Shown here: one piece after another, positions 1 to 8,882 of the stretch
Numbering within the stretch: position 1 is the first letter of the stretch
Layout of the letters: the number at the start of each line of letters is the position of its first letter
The notes under the pieces: generated by a model
What the model saw: the letters and a program-made list of their open reading frames with translations, nothing else
Told to the model about the DNA's origin: nothing
Databases searched by the model: none
Virus record (IMG/VR): IMGVR_UViG_3300036391_000025
Coordinates: 1-39,062 of that record
DNA: 39,062 nucleotides
DNA from: a virus
Lineage: Duplodnaviria; Caudoviricetes
Direction: 5' to 3' (one strand)
Made by a program: the position numbers and the translations under genes

Positions 1-654
1 TTAAGAGGTGCTAGGTTCCGGCATTTGCAGGTACGGTCGGAAAAGTTCGTTGAGTTTGATCGGAGTTAGTTCCTCAATCATCCACCGAGCGATTTTGTAT
101 CGTCCGTCGATCGCCTTGTCCATTCGCGCGTTATCAACTTCATCCAAGCTGTCACCGAAGGGCTGGAGCCTGTCATACTCCATCGCAAAGTATCGCGCTT
201 TGAGCCCATTGTCTCGCAGTTCATGAAGCGTCTTGAGAACTCTAGGCCCGCAGATAAATTCGGCAATGTCGATGGTATCAGCCAAGAGCCGTATGCCCTC
301 GCCATAGCTGTCAGGATCGTCAATCTGAATATGATAGGCTGCCTTCTCGAGGTCCTGCCTTACACGCAGTCGTCGTTCGAATAGTTCAAGCCTAAATGTG
401 TCTGCCCGCTCGGCCTGGGCGCTTGCGGCCGTTTCCGCCAGCCCCTTCCATTGCAAGTAAACTGTGACCAGGAACCAAAGGAGGGCGAGTGGGGAAGTCG
501 CCCCGGCGACTACGTCGGCAATCTCGTTGAGCCCTAGAGGCCGTGCGGGATCGTGCCCCCAATAAATACTAAAAACGACCACGGATAAGGCCCAGATGGC
601 ACTGGCTACCAACGACCAGGTGATGAGGCGATTGTCTTTCGAAAACTTGATCAT
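1..654 (-). CDS. Membrane-anchored hypothetical protein (moron; possibly defence or exclusion)
   Basis: ATG at 654 (MIKFSK); two hydrophobic helices around LGLNEIADVVAGATSPLALLWF; soluble C-terminal region; lies beyond the methylase. Confidence 0.75.
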   Translation of the reverse strand: MIKFSKDNRLITWSLVASAIWALSVVVFSIYWGHDPARPLGLNEIADVVAGATSPLALLWFLVTVYLQWKGLAETAASAQAERADTFRLELFERRLRVRQDLEKAAYHIQIDDPDSYGEGIRLLADTIDIAEFICGPRVLKTLHELRDNGLKARYFAMEYDRLQPFGDSLDEVDNARMDKAIDGRYKIARWMIEELTPIKLNELFRPYLQMPEPSTS

Positions 655-749
655 ACTGTGCCCCTGGCGAATCAATTTCCATTATCCAACCACCGTTCGT
701 TCTATCGGCCTAGCTGCCAATCTGGGTTGATCGAAGCTGACGAGCTCCA

Positions 750-1574
750 TCATGTGGCTGACGTAGTCTGGAGGCCGGTAACAATCAGCTCCAGCGCTGG
801 CGTGCCTTTCCCTCCCGCGATCGAGTACTGCAGCTTCTCTTGCTGCAGCCTAAACCGACTGAAGGCGGCGCGGATCTCGGGAACATCATTGATGGAGAGG
901 ATAAACTGTCCCTTGATCGAAGCTAGGCGATCGGCCATCGCCGCGAACTGATCCCGTGAAAACAACGCCTTCCCATAATCGTCTTCGCCGCCGAAATACG
1001 GTGGGTCGAGATAGAAAAGCGTCTCGGGCCGGTCATAGCGATCTATGAACGCCACCCAATCGAGGTTCTCGATGACAACACCAGCCAGGCGCTCGTGCAC
1101 GTCTTCGAGGAGCGGAGCTAGTCGGGTCAAGTTAAAGCGCGCGCCGCCACTCATATCGACGCCGAAATTCTGCCCCGACACCTTGCCGCCGAAGGCCAGC
1201 TTCTGGAGATAGAGGAAGCGCGCTGCGCGCTCCAAATCGGTCAACGTTTGCGGGTCGCAGGCCTTCAAACGCTCGAATTCGCGCCGCGATGAAATCTGGA
1301 ATTTGAGCGTATCCATGAATTGCGGATAGTGGCGCTGCAGGATGCGAAACAGGTTCACCACTTCCCCATTGCGATCATTGATGACCTCCGTCCTGGGAAC
1401 ACGGCGGCGGCGGAAGAAAACACCGCCCATGCCGACGAACGGTTCCGCGTAAACCTTATGGGGGATCTCGGAAATCATCTGGACCAGGCGCGGTGCCAAG
1501 GTGCGTTTGCCACCGATCCATGCGGCTGGTGGGTGGGTGTTTTGAACGTCTCTCAAACCATCTTCAAAAGTCAT
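750..1574 (-). CDS. D12-class N6-adenine DNA methyltransferase (Dam family), mom position
   Basis: Motif I YAEPFVGMGGVFF, motif IV FYLDPPY, N-terminal WIGGK. Confidence 0.93.
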   Translation of the reverse strand: MTFEDGLRDVQNTHPPAAWIGGKRTLAPRLVQMISEIPHKVYAEPFVGMGGVFFRRRRVPRTEVINDRNGEVVNLFRILQRHYPQFMDTLKFQISSRREFERLKACDPQTLTDLERAARFLYLQKLAFGGKVSGQNFGVDMSGGARFNLTRLAPLLEDVHERLAGVVIENLDWVAFIDRYDRPETLFYLDPPYFGGEDDYGKALFSRDQFAAMADRLASIKGQFILSINDVPEIRAAFSRFRLQQEKLQYSIAGGKGTPALELIVTGLQTTSAT

Positions 1575-1604
1575 TTGAAACCATCTTCGAATCAGTCACA
1601 CAGA

Positions 1605-1710
1605 GCCGCCCTGCAAAGGGTCGGGTGCAACGGGAAATGTTTTGCTGTTGGACGGGACTGGTCGCCAAACTTAGGCCCGTTTCCGGAATGGGAAACCACT
1701 CCGGCACTCG
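1605..1710. promoter_or_regulatory. Structured leader / possible antisense RNA upstream of the methyltransferase
   Basis: Hairpins at 1609-1620, 1652-1680 (loop reads TTTGGCG on - strand) and 1683-1704. Confidence 0.5.
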
Positions 1711-2709
1711 TCAGTCGCTGCCCTTTCGGACAGCCTCGATTTCCGTGGTGTAGATCTCAGTCCCGGAAAACGAATGGGTCACCATGTCGATCGACCACTG
1801 GCCATCGGCATCGCGATCGACGCCCCCGACCACTAGATTTGCCTCCGCCTGGACGGTCTCGCGGCCGACGATCTTCAGCGATAGTTTCTCTTCCTCGCGG
1901 TCGAGATTGTTCCGCTTGCCGTCGACGGCTGCCTTGGCCTCGTCCTCAGACTGGAAGAGTTCGGGAATTTCCAAAACCGCACCGTCACCGGCCTTCTCGA
2001 CCTTCTTGCGCGTAGCCGTCTTGGGATCGTGCCAATGGGCTCGGATGGTGCCGTAGCGAGCGCGGGCACAGCCGCGCAGCCGCATTGCGTCCTCGCCGGT
2101 CAGATCGTCCAGGCCGACCAGGACGAGCGGCATAACGATGCCGGATGCCGTCATGCCCTTGCCCTTGCGGGCAAAGACAAGGTGGCCGTCTTTCATCGTT
2201 GCGATCGCGCCAAGGCGCTGACCGATCGCCGTCAGAAGATGCATGTCGCTTTCGTTCAGCTGGGCGCGGTAGGGGATTTTGATGCTCTCAAGATCGGGAT
2301 CGATCGAGGGCGTCAGACCCGCATCGCCTGCCACCTGCTTGACGATCTCGCCGATGGTTTTGTCTTCAAAGGCGCGGTTCTTCCGTTCCTTGATCTTGTC
2401 GCCAGGCGCGCCTGCACGAGCAACAATGACAAGCCGGCGAGGAAAGGCGGTCTTCTCGACATCCTCGATCGAGTAGGAGCCAAACATCTTCGGCCCACCG
2501 GTCTCGCGGTAGCCACCGCCAAAGATCACCGTGTCCTTTTTGCGCGGCCGGTCGATCAGGTCGTCGGCATTGTCCAGGACAACGGTCAGTCCGTCGCTTT
2601 CGATGCCGGTGCCGTCCGTCACCGTCGCCTCGATCAGACGCGGGAACATCACCGAGGAGACGTTGCGACCGTTGATCGAGCAGAAGATTTGCGGAGTGAT
2701 GCCCCTCAT
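1711..2709 (-). CDS. Phage late control D / baseplate hub protein (P2 gpD-like)
   Basis: RLIEATVTDGTGIESDGLTVVLDN and QLNESDMHLL motifs; follows U and X. Confidence 0.88.
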   Translation of the reverse strand: MRGITPQIFCSINGRNVSSVMFPRLIEATVTDGTGIESDGLTVVLDNADDLIDRPRKKDTVIFGGGYRETGGPKMFGSYSIEDVEKTAFPRRLVIVARAGAPGDKIKERKNRAFEDKTIGEIVKQVAGDAGLTPSIDPDLESIKIPYRAQLNESDMHLLTAIGQRLGAIATMKDGHLVFARKGKGMTASGIVMPLVLVGLDDLTGEDAMRLRGCARARYGTIRAHWHDPKTATRKKVEKAGDGAVLEIPELFQSEDEAKAAVDGKRNNLDREEEKLSLKIVGRETVQAEANLVVGGVDRDADGQWSIDMVTHSFSGTEIYTTEIEAVRKGSD

Positions 2710-2924
2710 TGGAATATCCTGATCGTTGCCGGTGGCGGTGTCGCGTTATCCGGCAGATCCGGAAGAACTAAACGGACATTGGCGGGCAGCATGGGTGGTA
2801 GGGTCGCCAGTTGCGGATTGGCTTCGATCAGGCGCAGAAGCGCGTCGGCACGATCGCCGTAGACCTTCCAGGCGATCTCGTCAGCCATTTCCCCTTCCGC
2901 TGTCGTCCAGATCCGGGTCATCAT
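2706..2924 (-). CDS. Tail protein X (P2 gpX, LysM-like)
   Basis: TAEGEMADEIAWKVYG...LIEANPQLA...LPANVRLVLPD pattern. Confidence 0.88.
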   Translation of the reverse strand: MMTRIWTTAEGEMADEIAWKVYGDRADALLRLIEANPQLATLPPMLPANVRLVLPDLPDNATPPPATIRIFQ

Positions 2925-3349
2925 CAGATCCCGAACAAAGCGCTAAAGCCGGTCAGGCCGTCGAGGCCGTAGCGTCGAAGGGTGATGATCAGCGACAGCA
3001 TCTGCGGACGGCCGTGGCGGTCGATATAGGCGTGGTCCTCTTCGATCATGCCGATGACGTAGAAACCAAGCATCCGGTAATCGCCGCGAATGAATGGCAG
3101 CGGGACGCCCTGGCTGGCAATGATGCGCAAGGCATCGACAGCGACTTCCGAGTGACCGCCGCGATGACGCGGAAACAGCACCGCTTCCAACGTCATCTCG
3201 CCAGGACCACGACCGAGAAACTGCAGGGCATTCGCACCGGACAGGCGCTCGGTCTCCGCCCAGCGCCATTCGTCGGTGCGGGTGATGGCGCGTGGAGCGA
3301 CGCCGGACATTTCGAAGGTGAAGCCTCCGAGCTGAAGGAGAACGCTCAT
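2924..3349 (-). CDS. Tail protein U (P2 gpU-like)
   Basis: LLQLGGFTF, WRWAETERL, LQFLGRG motifs; follows the tape measure gene. Confidence 0.88.
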   Translation of the reverse strand: MSVLLQLGGFTFEMSGVAPRAITRTDEWRWAETERLSGANALQFLGRGPGEMTLEAVLFPRHRGGHSEVAVDALRIIASQGVPLPFIRGDYRMLGFYVIGMIEEDHAYIDRHGRPQMLSLIITLRRYGLDGLTGFSALFGI

Positions 3350-5967
3350 CCTGCCCCCACATCGCCGACCGTGCCGGCCAATTGACGCTCCAACATGACG
3401 CCGATCTTTCCGACACCAGCAGCCGCATCCTTTACGCCGTGAAAGACGATTGAACCGATCGTAACGGACACGGGCTTGCCTTTGGCCGTCGCGCCGGTGG
3501 CTTGCCGTTGCGTCTGAACTTCTTTTGGTCGCTCCGAAATGAGCGAGGCCAGGCGGCGGGCCCCATCCACCGGATTGTCCCGCTTGAGCGTGGCAAAGGA
3601 CGGAACGACATGCTTCACGCCCTTGGCCTTGTCAGCAATACCGCCCACCAAACGCTCGGTCGCATCGGCGGGTGCTGTGGCCCGGTCGATGCCGCCCGCG
3701 AGCTGCTCGGCGATCTTGCTGCCCATGCTCGGCAAATTGCGCAACGGCCCGATCTTGGCGGGAGACTGCGGTACGCGGTTGGCAACGGGTGCGACCAGGG
3801 CGGCGTTGGCGGCGGCGGCAACAGCGCCGGCCGAGGCCGTCAAACCGTCAGCAAACTGCATTCCAGCCTTCAAACCAGCCCCGAACAGCGGGATGGCCGA
3901 CAGTGTGGCTTCGATTGCGGCCGAGGTTGCCTTCGCGGCCATCTCAGCTTTCTGGCCTCCTTCACGCATGCCCTCGGCAAGGGGGTCTCCATCCAACGGC
4001 GGGATAGCGAACGCTTGCCGCTGCTCTGGCCTGAGTGAAACACTGCCGTCGTCGCTATCCTGCAGTTGAGCCCGCTGATGTGGACGTGCCGAAATGCTCC
4101 CGTCTTCATTGGCGGTTGCGCGATTGTTGCCGCTGATGCGGGATGCCCCATAGGCCTGATAGCTATCGACGATAGCCTTGTGATCGGCCAGCGCTTGTGC
4201 TCGCACGGCCGCAAGGGTCGCGGTGGCGTCGGCGACCTTCTCGCGGCCCGTCCCGAATGAATAGGCATTCGCCTGCACCTTGACGGTTGGATCGGGGCGC
4301 TCAGCCGGTGTCGGCATTTTGCCGGTTGATGGTGCCGCCCCTAACCCCTCCGGGCCTTTGCCGGGGACGTAGCCCTGGCGATAGAACCTTTCCAGTTTCG
4401 GGGTCTGCTCTTGCTGGTCGAGGCGGTCGAAGGCGGTTTTAGCCCGGCCTTCGCCAACGGCACGGATCGCTGCGATGTAATCGGCCTCGAAGCCTTCTGG
4501 CCCCTTGTCCGGATTGAGCTTGTCCCAGCGCTTTTTGAACTCGCTGCGCTGGTTTTTCTCCAGCGGCGTACCGTATTCAGCGGTCTTGCTGTAACCGACG
4601 CTCATAGCGTCTTTGCCCTCAAGCGAGGTCGTGACGCCCTCCATCGCCTTGGTGATCGAGGGAAGTATCTTGTCCGCTAGGCTAGTCGCCTTGTCGCCGA
4701 TGCTGCCTGCCATCCGGTCCCAGGCCGTCTGCATGTTCCCCGTCGCGGTGGTGAAGTCCTTCGCGACTGTGCCGGCTGAGTTCCCGTATCGCTCGATCGC
4801 GGTGGCCAGTTCCGGAATTTTGTCGATCAGCGCCGACAGGGCCGCGTTCGCCTGGACGTCCGGCATCAACTCCTTGAGCTTGAAGGCATCGCCGCCAGAT
4901 GCCGACTTGATCTTCTTCAGCAGCTCCAGGACTGGTGAGAGCCCTTGCTTGTTGGCGGTTGCAAACGTCTCCTGGACGTTGACCCCCATCTCGGCCGCGT
5001 TATCGATAAATTCCTTGGATGTGAACTTGTCGAGCATGTTCTCGAAATTGGTGGCGGCTTCGTCAGATGTGCCGGCCGTGGTCCGGATTGCCTGCGCCAT
5101 CGCCGCAAAGCCGCGAACACCCTGCAGCCCTGTTTCACCGAGCTTGCCCATGCGCGCAAAGATCGACGGCGCGCTGCGGGCCATGTCCCGGACCTCGAAC
5201 TGCCCTTCCTTCCCGGCGAGTGCCATGCTGTCAAACGCGGCCATCATTTGGGTGGCGCCGATCTTCATATTGTTCTGAAGGGCGACTGTTGTCTTTGCCG
5301 CGTCGTCGGTGGCCGATTGAGTGGCCTTTGCGAATACCATGACATCGTCGGTCATTTTTGCGGCGTTGCCGGCGTCGAGACCACCAGCCATCAGGTTGCC
5401 GAAGACGCCATAGGCACCGATCGTGCCGACACCGCGATCGATACCGGCAGGCTTCAAAATCTTATCATAGAGCGCGGCCTGTTCGTCGGAATACTCGCCA
5501 AGAACCTGCAACTGATCGCGGGCGAACTCGATTTCACCAGACTTGTCGAGTGTGGCCTTGGCCACGTAGCCCGCGCCTGCCACACCGCCAACACCGAGGC
5601 CCAGACCGCCGAGGAAAGCCATACCGACACCGCTGACGGCACCCATTCCACCCAAGCCAGACGTATTGCCATGAGGCATGCGCGCCCTTTGACGGCCGAG
5701 CCGGTCCATCTGGCGTTCAAACGCTTGCGCTTCGGTTTTCGCCCGGCGCATCTCGTTGCTCGATTTGTGGATTGAGGCCGCGAACCGGTTTTGGCCGGCT
5801 GCGGCGCGGTTACCCGCATCGCCGATCCGGGCTTCGGCGCGGGCAAGGCCGGAAGCTTCACGCTCGGCACCATCGGCCGCGCGGCCAATCTGCTTGATAG
5901 CCTTTTCTGTTGACCGGGCCTTATCGAGCCCCTTGGTCAGCAGCTCGATGACGATTGATGCCTTCAT
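3346..5967 (-). CDS. Tail tape measure protein
   Basis: 873 aa, Ala/Gly-rich; AGKEGQFEVRDMA and AATNFENML core; follows the chaperone. Confidence 0.92.
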   Translation of the reverse strand: MKASIVIELLTKGLDKARSTEKAIKQIGRAADGAEREASGLARAEARIGDAGNRAAAGQNRFAASIHKSSNEMRRAKTEAQAFERQMDRLGRQRARMPHGNTSGLGGMGAVSGVGMAFLGGLGLGVGGVAGAGYVAKATLDKSGEIEFARDQLQVLGEYSDEQAALYDKILKPAGIDRGVGTIGAYGVFGNLMAGGLDAGNAAKMTDDVMVFAKATQSATDDAAKTTVALQNNMKIGATQMMAAFDSMALAGKEGQFEVRDMARSAPSIFARMGKLGETGLQGVRGFAAMAQAIRTTAGTSDEAATNFENMLDKFTSKEFIDNAAEMGVNVQETFATANKQGLSPVLELLKKIKSASGGDAFKLKELMPDVQANAALSALIDKIPELATAIERYGNSAGTVAKDFTTATGNMQTAWDRMAGSIGDKATSLADKILPSITKAMEGVTTSLEGKDAMSVGYSKTAEYGTPLEKNQRSEFKKRWDKLNPDKGPEGFEADYIAAIRAVGEGRAKTAFDRLDQQEQTPKLERFYRQGYVPGKGPEGLGAAPSTGKMPTPAERPDPTVKVQANAYSFGTGREKVADATATLAAVRAQALADHKAIVDSYQAYGASRISGNNRATANEDGSISARPHQRAQLQDSDDGSVSLRPEQRQAFAIPPLDGDPLAEGMREGGQKAEMAAKATSAAIEATLSAIPLFGAGLKAGMQFADGLTASAGAVAAAANAALVAPVANRVPQSPAKIGPLRNLPSMGSKIAEQLAGGIDRATAPADATERLVGGIADKAKGVKHVVPSFATLKRDNPVDGARRLASLISERPKEVQTQRQATGATAKGKPVSVTIGSIVFHGVKDAAAGVGKIGVMLERQLAGTVGDVGAG

Positions 5968-6170
5968 GAGCCTAATCCACCCCTTCCAAGCACCATCAAA
6001 AGCGCCATCTCATGCTGATCGCGGGCCGCTTTTCGCGCCCGCGCCGTGATGCAGAAAAACCGCAGACGCGAGATCGTCATCCGCTTCAGGTCAGCAAAGG
6101 TGAACGAATAGACAGACGCGATCTCTTCGATCACGCCGAGGAGGGCTACTTCGCCGCGTCTGCCTTCAAA
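5964..6170 (-). CDS. Tail assembly chaperone -1 frameshift extension (gpE'/GT-like)
   Basis: Slippery C CCT TTG (- strand, 6173-6167); -1 frame open for 68 codons (FEGRRGEVALLGVIEEIASVYSFTFADLKRMTISRLRFF...), its TGA overlapping the TMP ATG. Confidence 0.8.
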   Translation of the reverse strand, partial: FEGRRGEVALLGVIEEIASVYSFTFADLKRMTISRLRFFCITARARKAARDQHEMALLMVLGRGGLGS

Positions 6171-6460
6171 GGGTCCGCGCCGGGTTCTCCCGTCGCCGTT
6201 GTGCCTTCAGACCACTGTTCGTCGTACCATTTCGAAACCTTGGCGAGATCAGCCGGGCGGCATTTGCGGACAACTGCCATGGGCACACCGGCGCAGATCG
6301 CGGCGACCTGTGCCTCGAGCTCGGCGCGTGATGCGTTCGGCCGCAATTCCGCAGCGGCGTCGAAATAGTCGCCGGCATCCATGTCGCGCAATGTCAGGGT
6401 CGGGATAGCGCCGGTCCCGAGATCGACCGGCCGGGAAAGCGTGATAATTTTCTCGCCCAT
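6146..6460 (-). CDS. Tail assembly chaperone (gpE / Mu gp41-like)
   Basis: ITLSRPV...LTLRD pattern; sits between tube and TMP. Confidence 0.82.
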   Translation of the reverse strand: MGEKIITLSRPVDLGTGAIPTLTLRDMDAGDYFDAAAELRPNASRAELEAQVAAICAGVPMAVVRKCRPADLAKVSKWYDEQWSEGTTATGEPGADPLKADAAK

Positions 6461-6462
6461 GA

Positions 6463-6963
6463 TCAGCGTCCAATCGCACGGTTGGTGGCATCGAGCACGT
6501 TACCCGAACCGAAGTTGATGATCCCGGCTTCCGGGTCGATGTGTGCCTCCAGGATGCCATCGCGGAAGCGGCGGTAGGAGGTGAGGAACATCGGCAGCTT
6601 GACGCCTTCCAGCTTCTTGCGGTCCCAATCGGGAAACTCGATGTCGAGCGTCGCCTGGACGCGGATGGCGATGGTGCTGACAGCCTGCGTCTTGGTGTCG
6701 TGCAGCTCGCGGCGGAACTGGAAGGGCTGCGGCGAACGGACGGCAAGGCCGAAGACCTTCATCGCGTCCGGATCGTAGGTGTAGAGCGTCAGGGATGCCG
6801 TCAGCTCTTCAAGGATCATTTGAACCGAGGCTTCGGCAGCTGCGCCGCCGCCTGCGAACTTTTCGCGGGTCCATTTGAAATCCGGCTCTTCGAACGAGGC
6901 GGCTTCAGCAAACTTGCCCTTGCCGTCCACGAAGGCCGACCAGAAGCGACCGATATCTTTCAT
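6463..6963 (-). CDS. Major tail tube protein (P2 FII-like)
   Basis: 166 aa directly after the sheath; EKFAGGG motif. Confidence 0.85.
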   Translation of the reverse strand: MKDIGRFWSAFVDGKGKFAEAASFEEPDFKWTREKFAGGGAAAEASVQMILEELTASLTLYTYDPDAMKVFGLAVRSPQPFQFRRELHDTKTQAVSTIAIRVQATLDIEFPDWDRKKLEGVKLPMFLTSYRRFRDGILEAHIDPEAGIINFGSGNVLDATNRAIGR

Positions 6964-6990
6964 CGGGAAATCCTTTCGTAAGAGCCGCGA

Positions 6991-8208
6991 TCAGGCGGCA
7001 GCGAGTTCGCGGACGATGTCTTCCACCAGCACGTCGAAATACTTCTTGTTGCGGCGGGAGCCGAACGTCAGGCCATGGATGGGTGGGGTTTCTTCCGCAT
7101 CGAACTCGACGCGGAGCTGCCCCCGCCGAAGTTGGCCAGCGGAATTCTCGGCCGGCAGGAAGAAGGCGGAGCCGCCCAGGATCGCGCCGGTGGTCTTAAG
7201 GTCCAGCAGCTTCTCGTCCAGTGACGAGATCGCCTCGACCACGGCCGGCGCGGTCATTGGCGCGTCGATGATGGTCGCGAAGCTTTGGGCGACCATCTCC
7301 TCGATCGCATAGCGGGTGCGGACGACATTGGAGAACATCCAATCGCCGTCGGACGAGGCCGACAGTCCGCCCCAATAGCGGAAACCCTTGTCACGGATGA
7401 TCGTGTTAATGCCGTTCTCGTTGAGAAGATGGCTTTCCGTGTCCGGGTCCGTGTAGTCGAAGGAAACCATTCGCTCGGTCTGCGTAATCGCTCCGATCTC
7501 GGCATTTGACCAGGACACCCAGAACCCGGCCGGCTTCTTGGTTTCCGGGTCGCCATCGCGGATGATCCGCATGCCGAGACCAGCGACGAACGGTTCGGCC
7601 GGCAAGACCGTGGCACCGATCATCACGCGCGGATCGATGATTTCGAGCGACATCGAACCGAAATCCTCGGCATATTCGATGGCGTCGTCGGTGTCCGTGC
7701 TCGGGCCACCGATCAGCATCATGGCGCGCTGGCGTTCAAGCCAGGGAGCCATTGCCGTCACCAGCGGGTTGGCACCATTGGCGATGCGCTGCGAGGTAAA
7801 ACCCGGAGCCATGTAGATCTTCGGCTTGAAGCCAAGTTCGGAGCGCGCGCCCTTGAACGCATGCCAGCCGGTCATGGAGCCTGCGGAGCCGACCATGTTG
7901 GCGATGGTCGCTGCGGCATCGATGCCGGCCGTGACGCGCACGACTGCGGTGCGCGGAATGTAGGACCCGCCTGCAGCGGCGATCATGTTCTCGATCGACG
8001 ACCGCAGCGTGCCCGTCACGCCTAAAAGCGCCAGCTGGGCCGGATCGCCGGTCAGAAGAACGGGTGTGTCGAGGGGGAAGACTGCGGCATCGGCGGTCGG
8101 AGCCGTGCCGATGATGCCAACCGTCGCCTGATCGAATATCGACAGGCTGACTGTGCCTTCGGGAACGCGCGAAACCCGCGTACCGTGCTGATAGGTAAGT
8201 TCCGCCAT
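6991..8208 (-). CDS. Tail sheath protein (P2 FI-like)
   Basis: YQHGTRV, IGTAP, PKIYMAPGFT, GFWVSWSN, LNENGINTII, GFRYWG; SD GAGGT 8 nt before ATG at 8208. Confidence 0.93.
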   Translation of the reverse strand: MAELTYQHGTRVSRVPEGTVSLSIFDQATVGIIGTAPTADAAVFPLDTPVLLTGDPAQLALLGVTGTLRSSIENMIAAAGGSYIPRTAVVRVTAGIDAAATIANMVGSAGSMTGWHAFKGARSELGFKPKIYMAPGFTSQRIANGANPLVTAMAPWLERQRAMMLIGGPSTDTDDAIEYAEDFGSMSLEIIDPRVMIGATVLPAEPFVAGLGMRIIRDGDPETKKPAGFWVSWSNAEIGAITQTERMVSFDYTDPDTESHLLNENGINTIIRDKGFRYWGGLSASSDGDWMFSNVVRTRYAIEEMVAQSFATIIDAPMTAPAVVEAISSLDEKLLDLKTTGAILGGSAFFLPAENSAGQLRRGQLRVEFDAEETPPIHGLTFGSRRNKKYFDVLVEDIVRELAAA

Positions 8209-8272
8209 CGGCATAAACCTCGCGCTGGATGAATGATCGTGAGATCATTTGCCACGCGCGCGCGGAAGTATC

Positions 8273-8294
8273 AGGGGTCCGAAAACGGACCCCT
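8273..8294. promoter_or_regulatory. Late-promoter palindrome, copy 1 (sheath operon)
   Basis: AGGGGTCCG-AAAA-CGGACCCCT, perfect 9-bp inverted repeat; related copies at 20244 and 27699. Confidence 0.75.
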
Positions 8295-8306
8295 AGAGAA
8301 TGGACA

Positions 8307-8822
8307 TCACCAACCTGCGGTCAGGTCTATCGCTTCGAGCTCGCCGATCGTGGTCGCCGACAGGATGGCGGCGGAAAGCAGGGCCTCCCGATTGAAGCAA
8401 GATTGCACATGGTCACGGACTGCACCCGCCGCCATGATGATCGTCGGCGCATCGAGCGAGACAAACACACCAGGCGCGACCTTCCAGTTTTCGATCAGGT
8501 AAGCAGGGTTTTCGGTCGCCGTGACATGGGCGGCCGTCAATTTTCCGGCGCTTTCCGGGTCCGTCTTGACACGCATGGCGCCAAGCTCAATGCCGCCGAT
8601 CTCCTGATCCCAGCGGATGGTCGCAAGCTCTGCAAGCCGTTGCTCCTTGCGCTCTGATAGGGTTGGAGCAGGGACGTCTGGCCAAGAGTTTCCGGCTGCA
8701 ATCCATTCTTGCAGCATAGCCCAATGGCGGTTGCCGATAGCCTCCGGCACCGTCATCCGCTGGCCTTCTATGGTGACATCTGCGCTGACACCAGACGCAT
8801 AGCTGTGAACTTCGATTTGCAT
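8307..8822 (-). CDS. Tail fibre assembly / DUF4376-like protein
   Basis: VPEAIGNRHW N-terminus; RWDQEIGGI, NWKVAPGVFVSLDA, HVQSCFNRE; downstream of the fibre gene. Confidence 0.8.
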   Translation of the reverse strand: MQIEVHSYASGVSADVTIEGQRMTVPEAIGNRHWAMLQEWIAAGNSWPDVPAPTLSERKEQRLAELATIRWDQEIGGIELGAMRVKTDPESAGKLTAAHVTATENPAYLIENWKVAPGVFVSLDAPTIIMAAGAVRDHVQSCFNREALLSAAILSATTIGELEAIDLTAGW

Positions 8823-8834
8823 CTTCTTTGCCCC

Positions 8835-8882
8835 TTAAAGTTCGGCGTCGGCCACCCAATGAAAGGCGATAATGGCCGTATC
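8835..8882 (-). pseudogene. In-frame relic of an alternative tail-fibre C-terminus (DTAIIAFHWVADAEL*)
   Basis: 15 codons plus TAA directly after the fibre TAG, in the same frame; ends in ADAEL, parallel to the fibre's own ADIEY. Confidence 0.6.

Noticed and set aside
1575-1710. Com translational activator gene
   Set aside because: No CxxC...CxxC ORF on the - strand in this gap
1716-1734. Fourth late palindrome before the methylase (GTCCGAAA half match)
   Set aside because: Half-site only, opposite orientation, inside the gpD coding end; better explained as a GAAA hairpin
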